NCBI RefSeq assembly: GCF_963921235.1
Contig: NC_086108.1
Span: forward strand, 75,828,001-75,892,000
Direction: 5' to 3'
DNA: 64,000 nt
From: Mobula hypostoma
Lineage: Eukaryota
The position numbers and the translations under genes are program-made. Below are positions 12,146 through 23,282 of the stretch, one piece after another. A model generated the notes under the pieces. It searched no databases. It saw nothing but the letters and a program-made list of their open reading frames with translations, and was not told the origin of the DNA. The first letter of the stretch is position 1. Each line of letters starts with the position of its first letter.

Positions 12146-15100
12146 CATGCCTGCCATTCCTTGTCTTTGCACTCCTGCACTAAGGGCTGGTACTTCAAGG
12201 CCTTTCTCTCGTGGGCCTCTTCCCATCCCTCCTCCCACGGCACAGTCAGCTCAACCAGAATTATTTTCCTCTCTTCAGTTGACAACAGTACAATGTCCGG
12301 ACGTAGGGTTGTGTGCACCACATCCGGGAACTGCAGCCTCCTTCCCACATCGACCCTTATCTCCCAGGACCTGGCCGTTAGCAGCAGATTGGGCTTTTGT
12401 TGTTTGGTTATGAAAGGCCTGGCTCCCTCTTTGATGAAGGTGATGGCCTTCCTCAGATCTGTGCCAGCCGTCCTCTTCTTGCATCTCTCTCGTTCTGGTG
12501 TGTCAGCAAGAGCCAGAAGCACCTTATCATGGCGCCACCTATACTGTCCTTGAGTTAGAGCTGTTTTGCATCCAGACTGTATATGAGCCAATGTCCCCTT
12601 TTGACCACAGAGCTTACATTTTGGGTCCTCCCTCATCCCCCATGTGTACAGATGTAATGGTAAAGGAAAGGTGTCATACACGGATCGCAAGAGGAAGGAG
12701 ATACGGAAGGGCTCCAGTCTCCATAACTCTGCCCATGAGATCTTGCGCTTAGGCAGATCCCATTTTGTCCAGGCACCCTGGGACCCTTGTTCCACTGCCT
12801 TTGACATCCGCTTCTCTTCCTCAGGGATCCATACTTCTGCCTGTATCATGTCTCGCCTGTTCCTTATGCTTGCGTTTCCCCACTGCTGGAAGTGAACTGA
12901 GCTGAGGCCTTGCCGCCTGATGCAGGGGTTGCCGATGATATCTCACAGCTTCAGAGAACACACTGCCTCCTCCACAGCTGCGTTGGCTGCCTACTTGCGC
13001 CCAGATCTGGTTGTAACGCCTGCTTGCTTTACCAAGACATCATTGGAATCTCTCAAGCTTCATAAGGTTCTGCATTTTGCCACCTTGAATTCCACCACAA
13101 CAGACGACAGGGAAAGCTGCAGTTGCCCAGATCGAATATAGAGGCCCACGGAAGAGAAGCTTGGGGGAACTCCCAACCATCTCCGCAGGTGCTTGTTGGT
13201 TTTCCTCTCGATGCCCTCAATGGTAGTCATGGGGAACTCATAAAGTGTGAAGACCCAGAGAAGCCTGGGCAGAATGCCGAATTGGTACAGCCAGGTCTTG
13301 AATTTACCCAGAAGTTGGGATTTGTCGATCTTCTTCAGCCATTCATCTGTCTGCTTCACGGCATCGGAGACATTGGCCCCATCTGTCAGTGACACATTAA
13401 ACCACTCTCGCAAGCATTTTATCGGGTTATCTTCGATGGAAGGGATGACCTCACCCTGAACTTTGAGGCTAAACTTGCTGGTAACTTTGCCCTTTCTGAT
13501 CACCATATACCTGGACTTCTTGGCCTTGAAGGACATCCTCACCCAAGTGGCTACATTACCCAGGGTTTCCAATACCCATCTTGCTTGGACATGTGACATG
13601 GTTGTTATAGTGATGTCGTCCATGAACCCTCGTAGAGCCGGCTGAACAATACCCGACTCCAGTGTCGGGCCGCGGGTGACATCTTCTGCTGCTGATAATA
13701 GGAGGTTCATTCCCATAATAAATAGGGTGGGGGAGATGGTGCACCCTGTTGGAATCCCCTTCTGGAGGTCCTGCCGCCTAGTTGTGAAATGGGCTGATGC
13801 AAGTCTGAGTTTGAATCCTCCTAGGTAGCTGGTGATCACGTCTCAAATAGCCACTGGGATGTAGTAGTGGTCAAGTCCTTCTAGGATGAGGTCATGTGGA
13901 ATAGACCCGTAGGCGTTCACGAGGTCGAACCAGACAACTGTTAGGTCGCCTTTTTTCTGCTTTGCCTCACAGATCAAATGGCTGATCATTGAGGTGTGTT
14001 GCAGACACCCTGAAAAGCCTGGAATACCGCCTTTCTGGATGGATGTGTTGATATAGCGGTTCTGCATCATGTAAGAAATCAGCCTTCTTGCGAGCACAGA
14101 AAAGAAAATCTTACGTTCGACATCTAGGAGAGAAATTGTCCTAAACTGGGCAATTGTGGAAGAATCCTCTTCCTTTGGAATAAAGCATCCCTCTGCCAAT
14201 TTCCAACATGATGGAATAGTACCTTTGGCCCAGATCTTTCTCATGACCTTCCACAGCCTCCGAAGAAGCTTTGAGCATTTCTTATACACCTTATAAGGTA
14301 TGACACTTGGACCTGGGGTAGCTGATGCTTTAGCTTTCCAGATGATGTCCTGGATTTCCTGCCATGTAGGCTCCTTCACATTCAGCTCAATTGATGGTTT
14401 TTCTGGTCTACGCACAGCCCAATTGCTTCCTAGTCCCTGACCCCTCTGTGGGTTACTGTGTGCCTCCTGCAGAAACTCCTCTACCTTTGGCTTCGAGCTG
14501 AATAGTATACCAGATTTTTGTCGGCCGAGATTAGTCCTGGTGAAGCTGAATGGATCTCTCACAAACTGCGCTCGCCTTTTCTCTTTCTTCCTTCTTTGCT
14601 GTCGTAGATGTTGCACAGCTTTTCCCACAGCATACTGGTTAAATCCTCAATACCCTCTTTTCGACCGGTGAGCTGGTTTTAAACCTCTTCTTAAGTGCCT
14701 TTAATTCGCCTCTCAAGCGACGAACCTCCTTTTCCCTCCTATTTGGTTGCCGCGGTAACTCGGGCTGGCTTCTCCACTCCATTGAGCCAAATCATTCCTT
14801 AGCTAGATTGTACGCTATGGCCGTGAGTGAGTCGATCTTTCTGTGTACTGGACCTGCTGAGGCAACTTCCAGGATGCCGTCTAGATCATCATCGAACTGC
14901 ATCCAGGCGACGTTGTCTGACGATCTAGGCCATTTGATCCTGTCTTTCCTTGACGAATGGATTGGGGTAGCCGAAGAGGAACTCACTTGGTCTGTTGTTT
15001 GGTGCTGAGGCGACTCAAGTGTGGAGAGATCTTCAGCTCTGTGGGGTGCTTCCCGGCTGGAATTCTCCTTCGTCTCACCACACACTAAGTCTGTGCGTTG

Positions 15101-15495
15101 TTCTTAGGTCACCATTGATCCACATCTAGATCTGCTCTTGAGCCCTGTGATGCTTTTGCAGACTTTCCCACAATGACACCTTACCATGAATTCCCCTCCG
15201 GTCAGTGTTGTTTGCTTTAGTTTCCTCGTAGTCGTGTTTCCTGTTCTGGTCGTTGCCGGTATGACAGTCCCGTTGAGTCTCTCATCCTCCCCCCTTCTTG
15301 GGAGACTCTGGGAGTATTGCTCTTCATGTTCAACTGTAGCTTGAGTGGTGCCCTCTTTCGAGTGCTGCCCACAAAGTTGCTAGTCTTGTGAGCCCGTGCC
15401 AGTCTTTCCTGGAGATCAGCTGTCTCTACAGCGTCACTGACCTTCCTCAGTTGCCATCCAGTCTTTCCTGGAAGTCACTGGTACAAACCAGAGAT

Positions 15496-15620
15496 TACTT
15501 CTTACATACACCTGTTAGGGTGCATTCTCCAGATACCTTATAAGGTAACCGTGGCCTTCAGCCAGGAGCAGATGTCATCAGGTGGTTCCCAACCTTCACC
15601 GAGTGTTTCGACCCTTAACC
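15496..15620 (-). repeat. HERO 5' copy of terminal direct repeat
   Basis: Direct repeat of 11419-11542. Confidence 0.92.
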
Positions 15621-15877
15621 TTTCTTCAACATAATTAAGCATAATTAAACCACTTCAAGTGGTGAAGCGATTTTAAGTGAAATTAAGTAGTCAATAAAAA
15701 AGATATAATTCCCGGCTCACTCCTCAGCTCAAACTCTAACTAACCTAAAACCAAAAGCATGAATACATAACTAAAAACTCTTCTTTTTTTACCTCGCTCC
15801 CCACTACTATCGTGACATAACAAGCGCACAACGTAAAATACAATGCAGATATAAAATAGATACATTTTACTCCTACA

Positions 15878-17215
15878 GGAATAATTGGTGTGGGTAAGGA
15901 CCAGTTCCGCCAGATGGAGGAGGATGGTGGTGGAGAGGAACTGGTTGGGTTTTTTGTTGAGAAAAAAATGGAGAGCTTTAAGGCCTTCTTGATGAGGGAT
16001 AGAAGTGTAAAGAGACTGGACATCCGTGGTGAAAATGAGGTGGCCAGTGCCAGGGAATCGAAAGGTTTTGAGGAGATCAGGAGCATGTGAAGTGTCACAG
16101 ATGTAGGTGGAAAGGGACTGAACTAAGAGGGATAGAATGGAATCAAGGTATGCAGACAGGAGTTCAGTGCAGCAGGACCAGACAGAGACAATGGATCTAC
16201 CCAGACGGTCAGATTTGTGGATATTGGGTAGGATGTAGAAATGAGCGGTGTAGGGTAAGGGAACTGTGAGATTGGTGGACGTGAATGGGTAATCTCCAGA
16301 GTTGATGAGGTTCGTGATTTTGCAGGAGACAATGGTCTAAAGGGATAAGTAAGAGGAGGTGTCTGAAAATTGCCTCAGCAAGGTAGGGGTCAGTACACCA
16401 CACTACAACAGCACCCCCTTTGTCTGGGAATCTGCTGGTAATGTTGGGATTGGTGCAGAGAGAGTGGTGGACAGTGCATTCAGCAGAGCTAAGGAGAGAG
16501 GAGGGCTGAAGTCAAGCGGGTTGATGTCTCATCAGCAATTAGAGATGGAAAGATCCAGAACAGGCAGAAAACAAAGTGATGTGTCCAAAAAGTGGAGGAG
16601 GGTTGGACACATGAGAAGGGGTCATCAGTGCAGGGTGGGGAATTCTTGCCAAAGAAATGAGTTCGGAGATGGAGGCAATGGGATAGAGCTCAGTGTCATG
16701 CGGGTGTGGATCTCACTGAGATGCGGGTGAAGGGGGACAAGTGAGGCCCTTGCTGAGGATAGAACACTCCAAATCAGAGAGGGGAGGGTTGGAGAAGGAT
16801 GAAGACACAGGAGACCGGGCGGAGGGTGCCTGTGACAGCTAGGAAGAACATGGCCTGGAGGTGGAGGTGGCCAAGGTAAGTGCTGGAGCCGGAGCTAGAG
16901 GCTGCATAATTCACGGTCTGAAGATGTCTCAGGTGATTGGAACTGAAACTAGAGATGGTAAGATCTGCGGTCTGGAGCCACCTGGGGTCACTGGAACTGG
17001 AGTAGGTGATGGTGGTATCTACAGTCTGGAGGTATCCAGGGCAATTGTAACCAGACTTGAGGTCAGCAGGATCTGCAACCTAGAGTCATCTGTTCAAGTC
17101 AAGATCTGAGGGACCATGGTCTGGAGGCAGCCCCAGCCATAAGAAATGAAGTTGGAGATGGCTGAATCCACAGTCTGGAATGGTCTGATAGAATCGCAGT
17201 CCAAGCGGTAAGTGT
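15878..17215 (-). mobile_element. Penelope-like element, 5' part (N-terminal region and start of RT), continuation of 10141-11197
   Basis: Resumes the interrupted sequence (GGACCAGTTCCGCCAG); minus-strand remnants of ADKGGAVVVW (CACACTACAACAGCACCCCCTTTGTCTG at ~16400-16427). Confidence 0.75.
16891..17100. repeat. Degenerate 54-bp tandem repeat, about 4 units
   Basis: Units start at 16891, 16945, 16999 and 17053; shared (A)TCT..GGTCTGGAG...GGAACT pattern. Confidence 0.6.
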
Positions 17216-18151
17216 GAGGGGCAGCATGGTTTCCTTAAGGGGAAATATTTCCTGACAAATCTATTGGAATTCTTTGAGGAAATAACAGGTAGGATAGACA
17301 AAGGAGAATCAGTGGGTGTTATTTACTTGGATTGTCAGAAGGCCTTTGACAAGGTGGCACACATGAGGCTGCTTAACAAGATAAGAGACATGCTATTATA
17401 GGAAAGTTACTTGCATGGATAGAAGATAGACTGGTTGGCAGGAAGTAGAGTGGGAATAAAGGGAGACTTTTCTGGTTGACTGCCGGTGACTAGTAGTTTT
17501 CCAAAAGGGTCGATATTGGGACCAATTCTTTTCATGTTATATGTCAATGATTTGAATGGTGGAATTTATACCTGTTGCCAAGTTTGCCGATGATACCAAA
17601 ATAGGTGAAGGAGCAGGTTGTGTTGAGGAAGCAAAGAGTCTGTAGAATGACTTAGGCAAATTATGAGAATGGGCAAAGAAATGGCAGATGGAATATAAAG
17701 TAGGGAAGTATATGATTATGCAGTTTGGTAGAAGGAATAAAGACATAGACTATTTTCTAAACAGGGAGAATATTCAAAGATCAGAGGTGGAAAGGGACTT
17801 GGGAGTCCTTATGCAAGATTCCCTAGAGGTTAACTTGCAGGTTGAGCTGGTGAAAAGGAAGGCAAATGCATTGTTAGCACTCATTTTGAGAGGTCTGAAG
17901 TATAAGAGCAAGGATGTAATGCTGAGGTTTTATGGGCCAGACTGCACTTGGAGTATTGTGAGCAGTTTTGGGTCCTTTATCAAAGAAAAGACTTGCCAGC
18001 ATTGGAGAGGGTCCAGAAGAGGATCATGAGAAAGAGTCCGAATATGAAAGGGTTAATACTTGAGCGTTTGACAGCTCTGAGCCTGTACTCACTGGAGTTT
18101 AGAAGAATGAGGAGGGATCTCATCAAAATCTAACAAATGTTGAAAGGCCCA

Positions 18152-20811
18152 TGTTATGTTTTGTAACTCCAAAACATTATCTAATTGCAAGAAAAAGACA
18201 GGAGACCAAGAGAATGGGTCTTAATTGCTTTTATTTTTACTTTAAGCAAGGCATGCATGAATCACATGGTGGTATGACATATGAAATTCACTTATGTTTA
18301 CATATAACCTGTAATGAATTATTTAAATGAACAAGAATGCTTAATTGAACAATATATTTACAATATTACTTAAATACTACTGAAATATTAAATACACAAT
18401 ACCCCTCGCTGCTTAGCTATCAACTCCAACTCAATATTTATTTATTTATCGAGTTACAGCGGAGAATAGGCTCATCCGGCCCTTCGAGTAATACTGCCCA
18501 GCAACCCCTGATTTACATCAGGGTTCCCAACCTTGCTCATGCTATGGACTCCTACAATTAACCAAGGTGTCTTTGCAGGTTGGGTATCCCTGATTTATAA
18601 TGACCATGAACCTGCCAACTGGTACATCTTTGGACAGTGGGAAAAAAACCAAAGGACCTGGAGGAAAGCCACATGGTCACAGGAAGGACATACAAACTTC
18701 TTACAGAAAGCGACGGGAAAGGAACCTGAGTCACTGGTACTGTAAAGCATTAGAATATAAAATGTAGAACGCGTTTCAACTATATACACAGTATACTATA
18801 TAATACAAGTACTATGCAGACATCCACAGCATAGTAAATTTTTTAATTGCCCCTTTCAGAGCATGGTTCATCTTTGGTCCAATACATTTTCTAACCAGAG
18901 GCACAGAAGTTTGGCAGCAACACCTGTCTGTCCTCTATTGGACAATGGTTCATGGTGTACAGCATAGAGGGAGTTTTGGCATCATCCAGTACCTTTCTTA
19001 ATTTGGATTCAGTTGACTCTGTTGCAGGGAATGTGGCATGCAAATGGTAGTTGTCTCAACCACTCACATCCCCACAATGCTGATCTCCCTGTTTTACCAC
19101 ATACAAGCGCAATGTTGTTTGTTTGTTGTTGCTTTGCACTGTTACAAATGTCATTCCCACATGTTATCGTTTCTCCAATGTAAGTACTTAGTTGGATATC
19201 TGCAAACTACAGTTCAACATCTTGGAAATGCCATTTAAACTCATTTTGTAGAATGAATAGAACAGCTGAGCAAGAGTCCAATTCCATTGTAATTAATTTT
19301 ACTTCTGGTGTGAGCCATATCGCTTGTCTGTTGTTAGTTTTCACACCGTAAATCTCAAGTTGACTTGGTCCTGTGTCATTCTCATCATTATTAGATTTTT
19401 CATCAACAGTGTGCCGTTCAGTGCTTTTTTCTAACTGCAGCTTGACTTTTTATCTTTTTTCTACCCTTGTGCAAAGCAATTATTTTTATCTATTGAACAT
19501 GCTCTTTGTGTGTGTCCCCATTTGTTATGTTTACTGCAAGTTTCATGTTTAAATCTGCATTTGTCTGGTGTATGTGAGCCCCTGTCACAATTGGAACACA
19601 ATATGTTTGGCCAGGCAAGCTTACATCTAGACACTGCAATTTTTTTCACACTCAATTTCATTCCTGACTACATCTCAATTGCATCTCTGTCTGCTGTTCC
19701 CATTGGTATAGCTATTTCAACTCCTCTTTTAACTATAAGTTGTGCTTCTGTTAGTAGCCATTTTTGAATGATTTTTTTGTAAGATTCCACAAACTAAGTG
19801 ATCACTCAGTGCACCATTTAGCCCATTATGAACAGACAGTGCTCAGACAATCTCTTCAATTCAGACACATAGGCTGAAATGGACTCCCTTTCCTTTTGAT
19901 TCCACTTATGAAGACCAGAAGATCATAAGACAGAAAAGCAGAATTAGGCCATTTGTCCCATTGAGTCTGCTTTGGCATTTCATCATGACTGATCCATTTC
20001 CCTCTTAACCCCAATTAAACCCAAAGCATTCTGCAATCCACAATAGTTTTGATTCTAAATGTTCCTGCACTACTTTCACAATACCAGCAAAACTCATTTT
20101 GGCTGGTTTGGTTGGAGGGGTTAAATTTCTAAGCAAACTGTATGCCGTTAAATCCAATGCACTCAGCAGAATTGTGACTCATTTCTCATTGGCTATTTTA
20201 TTTGCTTTAAAGTACTATTCAATCCATTTCATATACAATATACAGTAACCAGTTGTGCTTTCAAGCGTGTCATTCCTTTCCAATGCAGCTAGCCATACTG
20301 CTCTTTTTTGATGATTATTATCACTCAGTACTCACTGTTTATGAAAATGTGAATTCTTCCATTTTTTGCCCTTTTTTTACTTGTTTGTCTTTCTTCATGC
20401 AAAGAAAACTTACTGCTCCAGAGGGGGTGAAAACCTGTTGCATTTTTTAAAAATAGGACCATTTCTTATTACGCTTTTCTAAAAACTCAAACACCTCACT
20501 GCATTTGAACAGGTAGGTAGTCACCTTGGATTCATTTTAAAAATACCTCATCACCCCTGTTATGTCTTGTAACTCCAAAACATTAAACTGTTTGCAGGAA
20601 AAAGATGAGAGCCCAAGAGAATGGGTCTTAGTTTCATTTTTTTTTACTTTAAGCGAGGCGAGCTGGTATTAATTGGTGGCGTCATGATATGTACAATTCA
20701 TTTAGTTTTACATGTAACCTGTAATGAATTATTTAAATGCACAAGAATGCTTAATCAAACAATATATTTATGACTTTATTCAAATACTACTAAAATATTA
20801 AATACACTGCA
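18152..20811 (-). mobile_element. Internally deleted Gypsy-like LTR retrotransposon with two LTRs (18152-18401, 20558-20811)
   Basis: Two ~250-bp direct repeats; PBS-like GGGTGATGAGG inside 5' LTR; purine tract AAGCAGCGAGGGG next to 3' LTR; gag knuckle remnant CSNCDRGSHTPDKCRFKHETCSKHNKWGH; no RT found. Confidence 0.85.
18435..18750 (-). mobile_element. HE1/V-SINE-like SINE inside the LTR element
   Basis: GTACATCTTTGGACAGTGGG...ACATACAAACTTCTTACAG body shared with 28680-28855; (TAAA)n tail on minus. Confidence 0.65.
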
Positions 20812-22119
20812 ACTGAAATAGAGTTGATACAGAGCTAATGTTTCCTGTAGTGGGGAGTCTAGGGCCAGATGGCACAGAAACAGAATAGAGGAATGTCCAT
20901 ACAGAACAGAGATGGAGAAAGAATTTCTTGAGCCAGAAGGTGGTGAGTCTGTGGAATTCATTACCATGGATTGCTGAGGAGGCCAAGTCATTGAGTGTAT
21001 TTAAACCAGAGGTTGATAGGTTCTTAATTAGTAAGAATGTCAAAGGTTATGGGGGGAAGGCAGGAAAATGGGGTTAAGGAGGTTAATAAATCAACCATGT
21101 TGGAATGCAAAGCATACTCAATGGGCTGAATGGTCTTATTCTACCCATATGTCTTATGGTCTTGTGGTCTTATGGTCAAGTCATATTGTAGTTCTTAACC
21201 ATGGAAATAATTACTGGAAAATGCGACATCAGAATAGACTATTGACCACAGCCAGATCTGCTTTTGGTTCATTTCAGGAGATGAATGCATGAAACACTAC
21301 AGGTCTGGTGATGGATTCACATTCTAATGCCACCAGAGAAGTTGTTTCTTCTATTTTGTTTTCAGTTTTGCTGGTCACTTTTTTGCCAGTTTTGATATGG
21401 AAAGGTCATATCCAATAATGATGTGTTGAAGAAAATAAATTTCACGACACCTTCCACGACTTACATGTTAAAAATATGGAAGTATTTGAATGGCTATCCA
21501 TTGGAATTCCTGGTTTTGTTATTATCAGGAAGAGAAAGAACATGTATGCAACAGAAAGACCATTGCTACAAGTGGGTATGATTTCACTTATACAACGATA
21601 GAAAGAGAACAGGTGCCAATTTTTCGCTTGTTTTTTGATATGGCTGTAACTGGTAAGGGCAGCATTTGTTGCTCATTGCATCTGAAGTACTTTCAAAGCA
21701 GCTGTATCTTTGAAGTCTGTGCTCCACCATGGAATCAAATGTCCACCTCTGGAAAATGCACAGATCTAAAACCACAGTCTCCCTCCTTGTCAGTGATAAT
21801 AAAGAAGACAAATGCGCTCAGTTTCAGCAGTTTCGATCCTTTCCGGTTATGCCCTGGAAAATCAGCCAAGGAGCTGTAAAAGCCAGCCATGACGTATTGC
21901 TAGATGTGGTCTTTGCAGAAAATACAACCATCAATTTCTACAGTAGGCTGGGTGACTACTTATTTATTATATGGTTACAAATATTTTAATCCAAGCAATG
22001 ACATCTACGATGACCAAATTTAGCTCTTTGAGTCCATGATTCAATATGTGTCACAGCTTGGTTTGTATCACAACTCCAGCTCGGGCTGTTTTGGAGTTCT
22101 GAAAGTTACTAGTTGACTG

Positions 22120-22445
22120 CAGAATCAGAATCAGGTTTATTATTACTAACATATGTTGTTTTGTGGCAATAGGTCAGTGCAATACATAAAATATACAATC
22201 AATTATACGTTTGAAATAATATATATAGAAAAGAAAAACAAGGAGAGCAAAAGCAGTGAGGTAGTGTTCATCGTCCATTCAGAAATCTGATGGCAGAGGG
22301 GAAGAACCTGTTCCTAAAATGTTAAGTGTGGATCTTCAGGCTCCCGACCTCCTTCCTGATGGTGGTAATAAGGAGAGGTCATTTCCTGGGTGGTGTGCAT
22401 CCTTAAAGATGGACGCCGCCTTTTTGAGGCATCAGAAAGCGATAT
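22120..22445 (-). mobile_element. Rex1/Babar-like LINE 3' fragment
   Basis: AGAATCAGAATCAGG tail and CTGATGGCAGAGGGGAAGAA segment shared with 63380-64000. Confidence 0.75.
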
Positions 22446-22446
22446 A

Positions 22447-23282
22447 ACCATAAGATGATAAGACGCAGGAGCAGAATTAGGCCATTCGGCCCATTTAGTC
22501 TGCTCCACCATTCAATCATGGCCGATACTCTTTTCTCCTCCTCAAACCCATTCCCTGGTCTTCTCCCCATAACTTTTGATGTTGTGTCCAATCAAGAACC
22601 TATCAAGTTCTGCCTTAAATACACCCAACGACCTGGCCTCCACAGCTACATGTGGTAATGGATTCCACAAATTCACCACTCTCTGGCAAAAGAAATTTCT
22701 GTGCATTCCTCTTTTAAATGGACGCCGCTCTATCCTGAGGCTGTGCCCTCTTGTACCTCCCCCTACACCAATCTTCATATCATCTGCAAACTTGGCAACA
22801 AAGCTATCTATTCCATCATCTAAATCATTTACATACAGCATAAAAAGAAGTGGTCCCAACACCGAACCCTGCCCTGATCTCTGGCAGCCAACTAAACAAG
22901 GATCCCTTTATTCCCACTGACTGCTTCCAACCAATCAGCCAATGCTCTAACCATGTTAGTAACTTTCCTGTAATACCATGGGCTCTTAACTTGGCAAGCA
23001 GCCACATACATGGCACCTTGTCAAAGGCCTTCTGAAAGTCCAAACATACAACATTCACTGCATCCCCTTTAAATATGCTACTTGTAATCTCCTCAAAGAA
23101 TTCCAACAGGTTTGTCAGGCAAGATTTTCTCTTAGGGAAACCTTGCTGACTTTGTCCTATCTTCCCTATGTCACCAAGTACTCATTAACCTCATCCTTAA
23201 CAATTGACTCCAACATCTTCCCAACCACTGAGGTCAGGCTAACTGGTCTATAATTTCCTTTCTGCTGCCTCCTTCCTTTCTT
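22447..23282 (-). mobile_element. CR1 LINE fragment with internal deletion
   Basis: GNYRPVSLTS, DFQKAFDKVP, KFADD, RVVNLWNPLP; further CR1 pieces at ~23650-23857 and ~24285-24730. Confidence 0.88.

Larger units (their letters stand above)
11419..15620 (-). mobile_element. HERO-type (R2-group) non-LTR retrotransposon with RT, CCHC finger and restriction-like endonuclease; near full length, disrupted
   Basis: N-terminal RCHCGKVCK finger (~15184-15120); RT motifs FRTISLLDVERKIFF, QKGGIPGFSGC, WFDLVNAYGSIPH, GIPTGCTISP, GFMDDIT; CKLCGQKGTLAHIQSGC; RWRHDKVL; LRPDIVL..VELTVPWE..KALKY; continues as WLFPVEIGCRGF after an insertion. Confidence 0.92.
11198..15877 (-). mobile_element. Probable solo LTR (11198-11418 plus 15621-15877) inserted in a PLE and split by the HERO element
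   Basis: TGCAG...CTACA termini; the host PLE sequence breaks at 11197 and resumes at 15878; minus-strand AATAAA near 11320. Confidence 0.6.
17220..21175 (+). mobile_element. CR1 LINE (RT to 3' tail): 17220-18151 and 20812-21175, split by an LTR element
   Basis: CAGCATGGTTTCCTTAAGGGG, AAGGCCTTTGACAAGG, TTTGCCGATGATAC; sequence continues across the insertion; TATGGTCT tail. Confidence 0.88.
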
